Source of the DNA: a virus
Taxonomy: Duplodnaviria; Heunggongvirae; Uroviricota; Caudoviricetes
Direction: 5' to 3' (one strand)
DNA: 34,928 nucleotides
IMG/VR virus record: IMGVR_UViG_3300026224_000021
Shown: positions 1 through 9,407 of the stretch, in pieces
Numbering within the stretch: the stretch's first letter is position 1
Layout: the number at the start of each line of letters is the position of its first letter
Made by a program: the position numbers and the translations under genes
The notes under the pieces: model-generated
What the model was told of the DNA's origin: nothing
Databases searched by the model: none
What the model saw: the letters and a program-made list of their open reading frames with translations, nothing else

Positions 1-243
1 ATGTATACCTATAAAATGATTCAGGTGCCGCCGAATATTTCTGTAAAGGCAAAAGATAATAAAGCGGGGGTAGCTGCTGCATATCTTCAGAATGTTGTTA
101 ATGAACAGGCGGCGGATGGCTGGGAATTTCAACGGGTTGATACGATTGGTATAGAAGAGCAGCCGGGGTGTTTCGGTGGCGGAAAGGCGCAGTTTTTTCA
201 ATACTATGTGATTACTTTTAGAAAAAAAGTATCAGATGCTTAA
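1..243 (+). CDS. small hypothetical protein, host flank (may be 5'-truncated by the window edge)
   Basis: 80-aa ORF starting at position 1; its stop overlaps the start of the downstream YidD-like ORF; no family recognised by eye. Confidence 0.4.
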   Translation: MYTYKMIQVPPNISVKAKDNKAGVAAAYLQNVVNEQAADGWEFQRVDTIGIEEQPGCFGGGKAQFFQYYVITFRKKVSDA

Positions 244-469
244 ATGGCTTAGTATACGTCTGATTCTTTATTATCGTGCTCATGCGCCAGCCAGCATTCG
301 TAACAGATGTCGTTATACTCCAAGCTGTTCGGCTTACACTTTGGTGTCAATAAGGCGCTATGGCTTTTTTGAAGGCTGGCGATTAGGATTGAGCCGGATT
401 TATCGCTGTCGTCCGCCTAATGGTGGTGCAGATTACCCTCCTCATATTTGTAAATGTCGCAAATCGTGA
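236..469 (+). CDS. YidD-family small protein (membrane protein insertion efficiency factor-like)
   Basis: 77-aa ORF with the cysteine-containing signature RYTPSCSAY resembling the YidD motif (RFTPTCSSYG in E. coli YidD, recalled from memory); followed by a terminator. Confidence 0.55.
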   Translation: MLKWLSIRLILYYRAHAPASIRNRCRYTPSCSAYTLVSIRRYGFFEGWRLGLSRIYRCRPPNGGADYPPHICKCRKS

Positions 470-486
470 GCGCGTAAGAAAAAGAA

Positions 487-520
487 AACCCGCAGTTTTA
501 CGCTGCGGGTTTCTGCTTTG
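487..520 (+). terminator. Rho-independent terminator after the YidD-like gene
   Basis: inverted repeat cccgcag / ctgcggg (489-495 and 503-509) followed by T-rich tract tttctgcttt, 18 nt after the stop codon. Confidence 0.6.
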
Positions 521-1000
521 GGATGTGTATAGGGTGCCTTATCGGCCTTACCCTGGCAACCGATTGACGGGGAAGTTGCCTTCCCCGTCGCGGTTTTCTT
601 ACTGTCTACATTGTAAGAACGCCGCAAACTCCGCTCCCCAGAAGCTCATCCGTATCTCACACAGTGAACCGTGTAGCATCCAGATGATGAGGATTGCCGT
701 TACGCAGAACGTAATGGCCGTAAGCGATTTTTGCGACATAGCGCTTGCTCCTTTTTCGGGGAGGCGCTAACCTACGACTTGCGAAGGTTGTATGGCTAGG
801 GCCTCGGGTTAACGTTAAAGTTGACTCGGGGCCTTTCCACATTCGGCCTTCGGGTATTCCCTCCAGCCATCAGCCGAAAGGCACCCGCGCGAATTCTAGC
901 CTGGTTTTTTCCCTTGTTTCAATCCGTTGAGACTTATCAGCCTTCTGATGTAAAATTCCCGACCGCAGACATTATTCAGTCACGCATTTGATACATGCTT

Positions 1001-1027
1001 CCGCCGGCGTTCGCGCCGGTTTTTTTC
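1001..1027 (+). terminator. strong intrinsic terminator hairpin in the left flank
   Basis: perfect 6-bp stem ccggcg / cgccgg with ttcg loop (1004-1019) followed by seven T (1020-1026). Confidence 0.6.
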
Positions 1028-1508
1028 GTCCTGTTGCTGCATAGATCGTCATGCGCGATCGAGGCGCGGTATTGATCCTTTTTTCAGTTTAATTTTGACT
1101 CTCAATTTTACGCAGGCCGCGCCGCGTCTGACTTCGCTGTTTGATGGTTGTTTGATGCGATCCTTTCGTGATCGTTTTTTTGTCTCGCGTAAAGTATGAA
1201 AACTCTTTTAATATCATGCGGTTTCATTGCTCCTGCCATTTATGAGATCGTAAAAAACTCGCTGAAAACTGCAAAAAATTTCAAAGCGTGAAATTTCAGA
1301 TCTTCGCTTTTCCCTCAGTCGCTGCGCGGGCTGGCGGTCATTTTTGCACGGCAGAAAACTGAAAAAGTGTTTCGACACAAAACCCGCGGGTTGGAGGGGG
1401 TAGCGCGGTTTACGTCACCTCACGCTTTACGTCACACCGTTTACGCGGTGTGCGCATACAGCGCCAGAATGGCGCGCAGAACGCATTAATCAGGTGGCAG
1501 ATATGAAA

Positions 1509-1530
1509 ACGCACGGCCGAAGCCGTGCGT
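1509..1530 (-). terminator. putative terminator hairpin at the end of the tail operon
   Basis: perfect 9-bp stem acgcacggc / gccgtgcgt with cgaa loop about 40 nt past the stop of the 565-aa gene; the downstream U-tract on the minus strand is weak. Confidence 0.35.
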
Positions 1531-1569
1531 TGTGTGATGGGCGTTTATGTGGCTTTTATGTCCAGGTGA

Positions 1570-3267
1570 TCAGGCGATAAGGTCGCCGTATTTTTCGCGC
1601 AGGCTCGTAGCCTGCAGGGCATCTGCGGCAAGTTCGCCGCTGTTCATTGGTGCGCCAGTGTTGCTGTGGGTGTGGTTTGCTGTGTGCGTGGCCAGCAATT
1701 GAATCAGATCCAGAATATCAATCAACAACGTCAGCAGATTAAGTTCGGATTTTTCCCGTGAGCCACCGCGACCAATAAATACTGTCGGGGCTGTAAACTT
1801 CAGACCGCCGTCCGCCCGGCATATTCTGCGGCCTCCCACGTTTTCAGTCAGGTCCTGCTCAATCGTGGATATTGCTCCTTTGAGTTTAGTCAGCAAATCC
1901 TGCGCTACCATCTGGATATGCTCGCTGGCTGCGATCGCGTAATGGCCGGTAGTAAGGTGCTCTATTTGTCCTGCCGCCAGCTTGCTGGTTCCCAGAACAC
2001 TGGTTATGTCGTTTGCCCGTACTGTGGTTGTTCTGGTTGTTGTGGTGCGCTCTTCTGCATCACTGTTGATTGTGCGGGTGGCTGACTGCTCCCTGATTTG
2101 CTGGTCTGTTTCTCTGTGCCAGCTTCCGTCAGTCGTGACGCGCTGAAACACTTCTGCGCGCTGTTGCTGCAGTTGTTCGCCGGGCTTTACATCAGGCAGG
2201 TTATGGCCAGCGGGTAAGATTTGCCTGATAACAGGTTTATCCGGGCGCCCTTCAATGTTAGATATTTCCACGATGGTGCCTGCCGGCGGGTAGGCAAAAC
2301 ATCCCGCCTCGCTACCAGCCATCGGGACGGGGAGTGGGACTGCCGGGTAAACAGGCGTATCGCTTTTATCGTTGCCGTCCTCATCGAGCAGTTGCACGTC
2401 CACGGCGTAGCGTGGACGGAAGCTGTCGGCCACATCGCCCAGGGTGGCGGATTCCGTTGGTGCAATGACGCGCGCCAGCCTGGTGTGTAGTGTGCCGCTG
2501 GCCAGTTCCGGGAACTGTGTTTCCATCTGTCTGCGTAATGGTGATTTGGAGACAGGGCTGCCCGTGACGGTAAGGCGCTCCCACGTCAGAGTCATTTTCT
2601 CGTTGTTGAGGGCTACGCGGGTAATACGCCCGGCGGGAAGATTCACGCCCGGTCGCACAGTTTCCATGAACATGATGTCGATGCTGTTTCCGCCGCTTTG
2701 CCCGAGAGCGTACTGTTGCGGAATATCCGGCATCGTAATACTGGCAAATCGTGAATCAGCGGCGCTTCCCACAAATACAGAACCGTCCGGCATTGGGTGC
2801 CAGACGTAATCGCTGATACTGAATGCGCGCCCCAGCTGGCTGAGTAGCTGCGTTCCGCTGCCGCTGTGGGTGATGTAGGGGGTTGGTGTGTTGACATAAT
2901 CCGCGTCCGGGGTGATAAAAACGATGCCGCTTTGTCGTCCCAGATTATCTAACACCTCCCGCAACGTCGGGTGTTGCATGGAGCAGGGGAAATCAAAATC
3001 CAGCACAGCAGCTGCTTCACGGATAAAAAGGCGGCGCGAACCATTTTCGGCGGGTTGGTCGCGTTCAACGTAGCCGGAGAAATAGCGCCAGACTTCACCG
3101 TCACGGCCGAGATCAATTTGTACCATTGCGCCGGCAAGGCTTTTTTCTGGTGACAGATTATTAACAGAAATGAAGCCACGACCGGCAGCATTCAGGGTAA
3201 GAACAAGGTTTATATCGGCAATTTCCACCCGTTCGCCATTAATCATGCAGCGTTGTATCAATTTCAT
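1570..3267 (-). CDS. putative baseplate hub / central spike protein (gpV/gpD-like)
   Basis: 565-aa ORF at the distal end of the tail operon; C-terminal HTHSNTGAP resembles the His-containing apex motif of P2 gpV-type spikes (from memory); TTTTRTTTV low-complexity linker; start translationally coupled to the upstream gene. Confidence 0.45.
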   Translation of the reverse strand: MKLIQRCMINGERVEIADINLVLTLNAAGRGFISVNNLSPEKSLAGAMVQIDLGRDGEVWRYFSGYVERDQPAENGSRRLFIREAAAVLDFDFPCSMQHPTLREVLDNLGRQSGIVFITPDADYVNTPTPYITHSGSGTQLLSQLGRAFSISDYVWHPMPDGSVFVGSAADSRFASITMPDIPQQYALGQSGGNSIDIMFMETVRPGVNLPAGRITRVALNNEKMTLTWERLTVTGSPVSKSPLRRQMETQFPELASGTLHTRLARVIAPTESATLGDVADSFRPRYAVDVQLLDEDGNDKSDTPVYPAVPLPVPMAGSEAGCFAYPPAGTIVEISNIEGRPDKPVIRQILPAGHNLPDVKPGEQLQQQRAEVFQRVTTDGSWHRETDQQIREQSATRTINSDAEERTTTTRTTTVRANDITSVLGTSKLAAGQIEHLTTGHYAIAASEHIQMVAQDLLTKLKGAISTIEQDLTENVGGRRICRADGGLKFTAPTVFIGRGGSREKSELNLLTLLIDILDLIQLLATHTANHTHSNTGAPMNSGELAADALQATSLREKYGDLIA

Positions 3268-3839
3268 GTTTTCCCTTCCTCTTTCACGCTCCCGATACCA
3301 ACAGCATCCAGACCAGAGCCAACGGCATCATTGATTTTTTTCCAGAACGAACTTTGCGTATTCATGCCTTTGTCTGGTGCCTGTTCGCTACCGTTCTGGG
3401 TCTGCTGTCTGGCGATGGTTTTCTGCGAACCGCTACGTGCAGACGCTTTCTCTGGCACGCTTAATTTTTCCCTGAGAGTAAAGGTGACCTGCCAGTGCAT
3501 TTTTCCCTGTTGTTCCGTGGCATCAATGCCACCAGAAAATACCCCCTGTCGCATATTGATTGCCTTCGCGGTAGCGTTAGCAATGCGATATGTTTTTTTC
3601 GCGCCATTGCTTTCTGTTGCCTCCGCAAGCTGAAAAATACGGGTCAGAATAGCTTCATCGTTAAAATCAATAACCCCCGACACGCGCAGCTCTTTAGCCT
3701 TGCTTCCCTGCTGGGCGCTCGTGGTGCTGGTTGACTGTCCGGACATATCTTTGTCCGGTAGTTGCATGGTGGCGCTGACGGTGATGTTGCGCAGCAGAAT
3801 GGCTTCCCCGTCAAGCGCAAGGACAATCATCTGGGTCAT
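3264..3839 (-). CDS. hypothetical tail-associated protein
   Basis: 191-aa ORF, Ser/Thr/Gln-rich, coupled into the tail operon between the fiber cassettes and the spike; no family recognised. Confidence 0.4.
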   Translation of the reverse strand: MTQMIVLALDGEAILLRNITVSATMQLPDKDMSGQSTSTTSAQQGSKAKELRVSGVIDFNDEAILTRIFQLAEATESNGAKKTYRIANATAKAINMRQGVFSGGIDATEQQGKMHWQVTFTLREKLSVPEKASARSGSQKTIARQQTQNGSEQAPDKGMNTQSSFWKKINDAVGSGLDAVGIGSVKEEGKT

Positions 3840-4524
3840 GTAGTGCCTCCCTTAGTGATGAGAGATCATCGCCGACGAACAGCATCACAGCTGTAAAAAC
3901 CCACTCAGGGTGTGGGATGTTTTTTTGTATCAGCACTGCGGCCTGGCTGAGGGCTCCCTTGTAGCAAAAGCGCCACACCGGGCAAAATTTTTGCCGGAGT
4001 GCAGCCTGCTGATCAGCGATTTCCTGTAGAGCTTTATCTCTCGCATTCATGAACTGATGCAGTGATGATGACAGTGTTTCCGGTGATGTGGCGGCAGGAG
4101 TGGCTGCCTGTGCAATGGTTGCCGCCAGCGACATGCTGCGAGTGGTCTGTGTCGACAGCATTATCGGTTCCGGAAGTGATGTTGCCGGTCTGGCGGGGAT
4201 TTGCATTCTGCTGATGGCCAGTGAAAGCTGGCTGGAGATCATGCGGGACATTCGTCCCACCTCCGGCAACGGAAATGCGCCTGAAAATTGCCTGGCGAGT
4301 GATAAAAACTCGCCAGCAGAAGGAGCGCAAAATAACAGCGCCACAATGTCCTTTTCTGTGTTTTCTTTCAGATAGGGTAAAAGTGCAGATACAGCATTTT
4401 CGGGGCTGAGATAACGCCCCGATGGTTTGATGTTTCCGGTATTTTCTGACCATGGATGCAGGCAAACCACAGAGCATTTAATGTTCATGGCTGACGGGCG
4501 CAGAATTGCCTTTTCCCATTTCAT
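3811..4524 (-). CDS. hypothetical protein in the tail operon
   Basis: 237-aa ORF whose start overlaps the stop of the upstream chaperone gene (ATGA); no recognisable motif. Confidence 0.4.
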   Translation of the reverse strand: MKWEKAILRPSAMNIKCSVVCLHPWSENTGNIKPSGRYLSPENAVSALLPYLKENTEKDIVALLFCAPSAGEFLSLARQFSGAFPLPEVGRMSRMISSQLSLAISRMQIPARPATSLPEPIMLSTQTTRSMSLAATIAQAATPAATSPETLSSSLHQFMNARDKALQEIADQQAALRQKFCPVWRFCYKGALSQAAVLIQKNIPHPEWVFTAVMLFVGDDLSSLREALHDPDDCPCA

Positions 4525-5096
4525 TCTGACTCTCCAGCCTGAAAAGCGCGGATGTCGGCAAGATTATTAAGGCTATCCAGCACGTCCTTCATCTGTCGCT
4601 GACGGCGATAAATCTCGTCATTGCGATCGACCTGTGCCTGCGCCATTGCTGTCGCCAGTTCTTCCAGTTCCGGCATTGACAGTTTCACCTGTTGATTATC
4701 GGCGTCACCCCACGCCATAACGTCCCGCGTCGTGTCAGATTTCGCCGCCATTACTACCGGATAAAGACGGGCCATTGAGTCGGGGCCAGCGTTCCAGGTG
4801 CGACCGTTCCATTCGAACGTGAACGGCTGCGCTTCCCGTTCTGTACGCCACGCCTCGATTTCCCGCTTTTTGGCATCTTTTGTCGCAGCGATAAGTTCCG
4901 GCGTGACGGTGAACGGGGCGATTTCGCCCCATTTGCCGCTTTGCAGCTCTTCCCAGATGTGCTGGCCTGTTGTTGCCGTGTCTTCTGGTGTGGCAGTGTA
5001 CGGAATGGCTTCTTCCATCCCTTCAAAAAGCACCCCGCAGTCAATTGCACCGGACTCGGTGTAGCGGGGACTGGTGATTTTTTTAATTTGCATCAT
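4521..5096 (-). CDS. tail fiber assembly chaperone (Tfa-like), second cassette
   Basis: 191-aa ORF immediately downstream of tail fiber gene 5093-6385; size and position typical of Tfa/gpG-type chaperones. Confidence 0.55.
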   Translation of the reverse strand: MMQIKKITSPRYTESGAIDCGVLFEGMEEAIPYTATPEDTATTGQHIWEELQSGKWGEIAPFTVTPELIAATKDAKKREIEAWRTEREAQPFTFEWNGRTWNAGPDSMARLYPVVMAAKSDTTRDVMAWGDADNQQVKLSMPELEELATAMAQAQVDRNDEIYRRQRQMKDVLDSLNNLADIRAFQAGESE

Positions 5097-6385
5097 GAAA
5101 CCCTCACAAACAAAGAAACCAGCCCCCGATTATAAAACGTGACATCCGGGCCTCCTGATAAAGCGAGATATGTGCCAGGCAGGGTACCTCCGTAGACAAA
5201 TGACCTGGCAGCGGCACTAAATCCTGAACCGCGATACTCAGCTTCGAAGACCACCTGCCGGAGTCTTGATCCCGGCACAAATTGTGTGCGAAGTAATGTG
5301 ACATCACTGCTGCCGCTATCTGGCAGGTATGCGGCAAGAACCAGGCTACCCGGTTGCGGAGCACGCTGTGATGTGGTGTCTCCTGCACATAACAGTTGTC
5401 TCAGTCTGTCGCGTGACCAGAATAACCGCGACCATGCTTCTGGTAGTCTCGCCGGAGACATTGATTTTGAAACCAGCACCTGATATTTAGCCGGGCCCTC
5501 ACCAGCCTGGCCAGTGTATTCGGCATCGCCATGAAAGGTTATACACCGACCATCGCTTTCGGTGCTGTTAGTGTGCATTCCACTTCGTATTTCTATATCT
5601 ACAAGCCCCCTGAAATAGGGTTGCCCCCCGTCATACGCAATGATGGGCTTATACGAACTACCAGACCCACCATACTGCGTTACCGCATAACGCCCTGGTG
5701 TGACCTCAAATACCCATTTAAGAAATTCGGCGGGGCCATTTTGCGCGCTGAAATACACGACTTCCGACGAAGAGAATAAATGCCCGTATCCGAATGCACC
5801 GGGTAACGCCAGACGGCCTGCGGTGCGGTCGTAGATATCGCTCTGAACATCAAGCAAAGCAGCACCTTTCAACCCCAGATTGTCTCGGGATTCCTGTTGC
5901 GCCTCTTCCCCCTCTGCTGCAATTTCTGACAGTCGGTTAGGAGCTTTCAGCATTGATTTCAGCTCGGGGGTAATATCCACCTGCCAGCTCTGTGGAGGAA
6001 CGGTAATTTGCGCAGCCTGAGCAATGCCGCTGTATATAATCGTGAAATTACGAATAAGTGACTCGCCAGTATGTTTCTGGCGAACAGGGGTTTTTATTAC
6101 GCCGCACAGTGTTCTGCTGGCCTGATGGATGAGGCAAATCCAGTCATAGCTGAATGCACAGCCATCAGGAACAACTGCGCTACACACAATATTGTTCGGG
6201 TTTAACTGGCCATAGGTCAGTTCATTCACAGCATATGTGATTTTTTCTTCCGGAACGGTATTATCTTCGCGCGTTGGTTCCCGCTCCATCAGAGCAAAAA
6301 TAATAGCGTCAGGGCGTGCAGGTAAATTACTGGCTGCGCATTCAGCAACCCACTTTTCAAATGCTTTCGTCAACAGTGCGCTCAT
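5093..6385 (-). CDS. tail fiber protein, second copy
   Basis: 430-aa ORF whose N-terminal domain is paralogous to that of the 608-aa fiber (shared ARPD...F and VIKTPVRQK / IAHTPRQQK blocks) with a divergent C-terminus. Confidence 0.6.
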   Translation of the reverse strand: MSALLTKAFEKWVAECAASNLPARPDAIIFALMEREPTREDNTVPEEKITYAVNELTYGQLNPNNIVCSAVVPDGCAFSYDWICLIHQASRTLCGVIKTPVRQKHTGESLIRNFTIIYSGIAQAAQITVPPQSWQVDITPELKSMLKAPNRLSEIAAEGEEAQQESRDNLGLKGAALLDVQSDIYDRTAGRLALPGAFGYGHLFSSSEVVYFSAQNGPAEFLKWVFEVTPGRYAVTQYGGSGSSYKPIIAYDGGQPYFRGLVDIEIRSGMHTNSTESDGRCITFHGDAEYTGQAGEGPAKYQVLVSKSMSPARLPEAWSRLFWSRDRLRQLLCAGDTTSQRAPQPGSLVLAAYLPDSGSSDVTLLRTQFVPGSRLRQVVFEAEYRGSGFSAAARSFVYGGTLPGTYLALSGGPDVTFYNRGLVSLFVRVS

Positions 6386-6391
6386 TGCTTC

Positions 6392-6946
6392 TTAATTCTC
6401 GCTAATGTTCTGCGGTAATTCTGGCCATACAATCGCGGCATACGATGCTTTATCTGTAACCTGGCTGAAAGTCATCTGCTGTAGTGCTTTTGCATAAATA
6501 CGGCATGCTTTCAGTTTTTCCCTGTCTTCGTCACTGATTAATCCCAGCAGCAGGTCTTTTTCCCATTCGCTGGTCATGATGCTGGCCTGTTGTAACAGGG
6601 CATCACGCTCATCTTCCGCTTTAAGTTTGTAGTCAAAAACAAATGCATCATTGCGGTAGAACCAGTAACCCGACGCCTCAATGCGACGATTGGCGGTAAT
6701 ATCCGGTAGCTCAATCACGCTTTTATTTTCCGGGCAGATTGAGGTGATGTCTTTTCCAACCCAGACCACTTCGCCAGTTTCAACATAAATAACTTTCAGA
6801 GTGTCTGGCTGAAATTTTTCCTGGGCTTCGTGCCATTCCTGACCATCATCAGAGAACAGCCACAATAAAAATTTATGCTGTCGCGCCAGCTGGTATTGCT
6901 CAATTGTTTTAGGGTTTTGTACCGTAAGATTTTTTAAGTGCATCAT
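6392..6946 (-). CDS. tail fiber assembly chaperone (gpG/Tfa-like), first cassette
   Basis: 184-aa ORF directly downstream of fiber gene 6949-8775; C-terminal IVWPELP-type ending typical of Tfa proteins. Confidence 0.6.
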   Translation of the reverse strand: MMHLKNLTVQNPKTIEQYQLARQHKFLLWLFSDDGQEWHEAQEKFQPDTLKVIYVETGEVVWVGKDITSICPENKSVIELPDITANRRIEASGYWFYRNDAFVFDYKLKAEDERDALLQQASIMTSEWEKDLLLGLISDEDREKLKACRIYAKALQQMTFSQVTDKASYAAIVWPELPQNISEN

Positions 6947-6948
6947 AA

Positions 6949-8775
6949 TTACAAACTCGCTACATTCCGCCAGACGCCATTAATCAGAACCTGCACCGGG
7001 CGGGCATTGGCCCAGTCCATACTTTCACCACCATCAAGACCGCTGATAAGGTGACCTGATGGTGCGTTCCCGCCACGCCCAATACCAATGGCACTGCCCA
7101 GACGCACATCCTGTACACCGCCTGTTTTGGTCTGATAGCGGGCATCAAAGTTTCCGTAGTTTGATGGAACCATCTGCCCGTTTACAGCGAATGTTATACT
7201 GTTATCCGTATTTCTCTGGCTGTAAAAATGCCAGCCGGAATCATCACCAAGCTCTGCAACTACAGGTCGGGATGAATTACCCCATAAATTAAACGCTGCG
7301 TTTTTCGTGGAGTTGTTGGCGCTGGATAACGTGAATTTTTTAGCATTTCCGGCCTGAATATTTTTTAACGCTATTGCCACACCATTCTGGAAACGAAATA
7401 CATGCTGTCCATTCGCATAAACATCCAGAATGCCGTCGCCATTCTGTTTCAGCCCGGTATCGTTATCCCCGAAAGCAATTGAGTTTCCACCCAGCGCGTT
7501 CTGAACGCCGATACCCAGCGCACCATTGACCTGAGAACCGCCGCCAACGGACACTTTATGCGACATGGATATCTCACCCGTCCGCAGGTTAATGGTGAAC
7601 GGACGGAGAGGACCAATATCACCACTCTCGCCCTGACCTTCACTGGTAGGGATAAGATGAAGACACTCTTCCGAACGACGAAAAATCAGGCCAAAGGCTT
7701 CGTTGAAAATCCTCAGCGCATTAACACCACGGATTTTTAGTTCCCCGGTCATGGTGTCGCCGTCGCGCTCAACAGCGCCTTTTGCCTTATCCATTGCGGC
7801 TTTTACTGCTTTTGATGTGGCGGCGCGGTCTTCTGCGTCGCTGTCGGTGGAGTTGCTGTACTGCGCAAAGCCTTTCTCCTTCAGTGTTGCGTCCGGATGA
7901 TGGCGGGATTTTTCGTGCTCTGCCAGTGCATTGCTTTGTTCCTCGTCGGGTGTCTCCGGGCGCAGGTCCTGTGGGCCATCTGCTGTCATTTTTGCAAGTG
8001 GCGCGACAAAGTGTCGGAAGCCGTTACCGTCTGTATAGGACGCATGTTCCTGGCGGGCGCAGAACGTAAAAACGGTATTCCATTCGCCGGTAACAAATCC
8101 CTGCCAGCTTGCATCAATCCAGAGGGTATCCCCGACCGCAGCCGGCAGGCTGTAAGGTTCGCGCAGACTGACGCGCAGACCTCCCACATAGCCCACGCCG
8201 GCGGCAACAGTGGCGGTACCGTCCTGATAGCTGACCTGAAAACCATCCCCCAGAAAAGCGGCTTCACCATAGTGATCAAATGCCAGCAGTCGGCGGGCTT
8301 CATCCATTCCGGTCAGGCGTGCAGTGAAATCAATCTGCCAGACATCAGCACTGACATCGATATGCATCGCTGCGGCCGCGCCGTCAAACTCCATGGAAAA
8401 CGTGCGGATCAGGTTGTTTCCCTGCACGCCGTTTGCTGTTTTAATTTTTTGCTGGCGAGGCGTGTGTGCAATCATGCAGAGCACGCCGCTTTCTTCGTTC
8501 AGCAGGCCGATCCAGTTGTATTCGAAGTCACCGACTGTCGTGTCCAGAATGATGGAAAACGCGGTCGCATTCGGTGACAGGAGGCCGTACTGGGTGACCG
8601 GCGCACGATACTGAATCCTTGATTTGTCAGGGAGCGTTTCGTCGCGGGGGATCTCCGCAGACTCATCCTGTTCCGGAATATATGCAAAAACAAATGTATC
8701 CGGGCGCGCGGGTTTTCCACTGATGATTTGATTTGCGCACCAGTGTTCGTACTGTTCAGTAATAATCGTGCTCAT
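6949..8775 (-). CDS. tail fiber protein (gpH-like)
   Basis: 608-aa ORF with the conserved tail-fiber block STDSDAEDRAATSKAVKAAMDKA seen in enterobacterial phage fibers; follows the I-like gene as in P2. Confidence 0.7.
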   Translation of the reverse strand: MSTIITEQYEHWCANQIISGKPARPDTFVFAYIPEQDESAEIPRDETLPDKSRIQYRAPVTQYGLLSPNATAFSIILDTTVGDFEYNWIGLLNEESGVLCMIAHTPRQQKIKTANGVQGNNLIRTFSMEFDGAAAAMHIDVSADVWQIDFTARLTGMDEARRLLAFDHYGEAAFLGDGFQVSYQDGTATVAAGVGYVGGLRVSLREPYSLPAAVGDTLWIDASWQGFVTGEWNTVFTFCARQEHASYTDGNGFRHFVAPLAKMTADGPQDLRPETPDEEQSNALAEHEKSRHHPDATLKEKGFAQYSNSTDSDAEDRAATSKAVKAAMDKAKGAVERDGDTMTGELKIRGVNALRIFNEAFGLIFRRSEECLHLIPTSEGQGESGDIGPLRPFTINLRTGEISMSHKVSVGGGSQVNGALGIGVQNALGGNSIAFGDNDTGLKQNGDGILDVYANGQHVFRFQNGVAIALKNIQAGNAKKFTLSSANNSTKNAAFNLWGNSSRPVVAELGDDSGWHFYSQRNTDNSITFAVNGQMVPSNYGNFDARYQTKTGGVQDVRLGSAIGIGRGGNAPSGHLISGLDGGESMDWANARPVQVLINGVWRNVASL

Positions 8776-9407
8776 GCTTCATCTGCCTGTAATGTGTAAT
8801 GTTCCACGGACAGGCCGTAATGTCCTGCCTGTAGCGAAGCGGTTAACCAGATGGTGTCCTTTCTCACCGTTGCTTCTGCTGTGTGATACCTGTAATGGCC
8901 ATCAAATGTGCCGGCTGTCAGCCGGGCAGTGGTTGTATTGATTACCTGAAAGAAATAGCGCCTGCAGGTACGACCATACTGGCGCACGAGCTGCATCATC
9001 AGCGCGTTGTTTTCACTTAACTGGGTGTCATTAATGCGCAGTAAAATAACGTCCCAGTCATGCTGCAGTTGCCGTTCCAGTGTTTTAACGTCTCCCACGC
9101 CAAGACGCTTAAAGATGCGTTCGAAGCCGGCGCGTTCGCCAGAGTCCTGAGCGTTAATAAACGCGTGTTTCACTCTTAAGCGAAATAACGAAACCGGCTC
9201 ACCTTTAAATCGGGTGATATTGCGCTGATAAGCCAGCAGGTTAAGTAAAGGCTCTGCGCAGGTGTCGACATCAATCTGCTGTAGTGGCCACGTCAGCCAG
9301 CTGTATACCTTTTCCCAGTAGCGATGCGATGAATGTGCCAGCGTTAACGGCTCGCCTTTATTCATCCAGGTGGGGAGCGGGAATTCAGGGATCTCCGGAA
9401 GTTTCAC
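8772..9407 (-). CDS. baseplate/tail protein (gpI-like)
   Basis: 211-aa ORF between the J-like and fiber genes, translationally coupled on both sides; assignment by synteny. Confidence 0.5.
   Translation of the reverse strand: MKLPEIPEFPLPTWMNKGEPLTLAHSSHRYWEKVYSWLTWPLQQIDVDTCAEPLLNLLAYQRNITRFKGEPVSLFRLRVKHAFINAQDSGERAGFERIFKRLGVGDVKTLERQLQHDWDVILLRINDTQLSENNALMMQLVRQYGRTCRRYFFQVINTTTARLTAGTFDGHYRYHTAEATVRKDTIWLTASLQAGHYGLSVEHYTLQADEA

Noticed and set aside
745-930. 61-aa ORF in the left flank
   Set aside because: It overlaps strongly structured, hairpin-rich sequence and has no ribosome binding site; more likely non-coding.
1196-1291. 31-aa ORF MKTLLISCGF... with a lipobox-like LISC
   Set aside because: The Cys is only 8 residues from the start, too short for a lipoprotein signal peptide, and there is no ribosome binding site.
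470-1569. tRNA gene at the integration site
   Set aside because: No T-loop-like GTTCGAATC/GTTCAAATC motif with a properly spaced acceptor stem and CCA end was seen by eye; a tRNAscan-type search would be needed to be sure.
7897-8577. 226-aa plus-strand ORF inside the tail fiber gene
   Set aside because: Lies entirely antisense within a well-supported structural gene, with no ribosome binding site or recognisable motif; treated as a shadow ORF. The same applies to the other long antisense ORFs in the track (11894-12661, 15862-16701, 17753-18598, 21420-22064, 25023-25541, 28150-29160).
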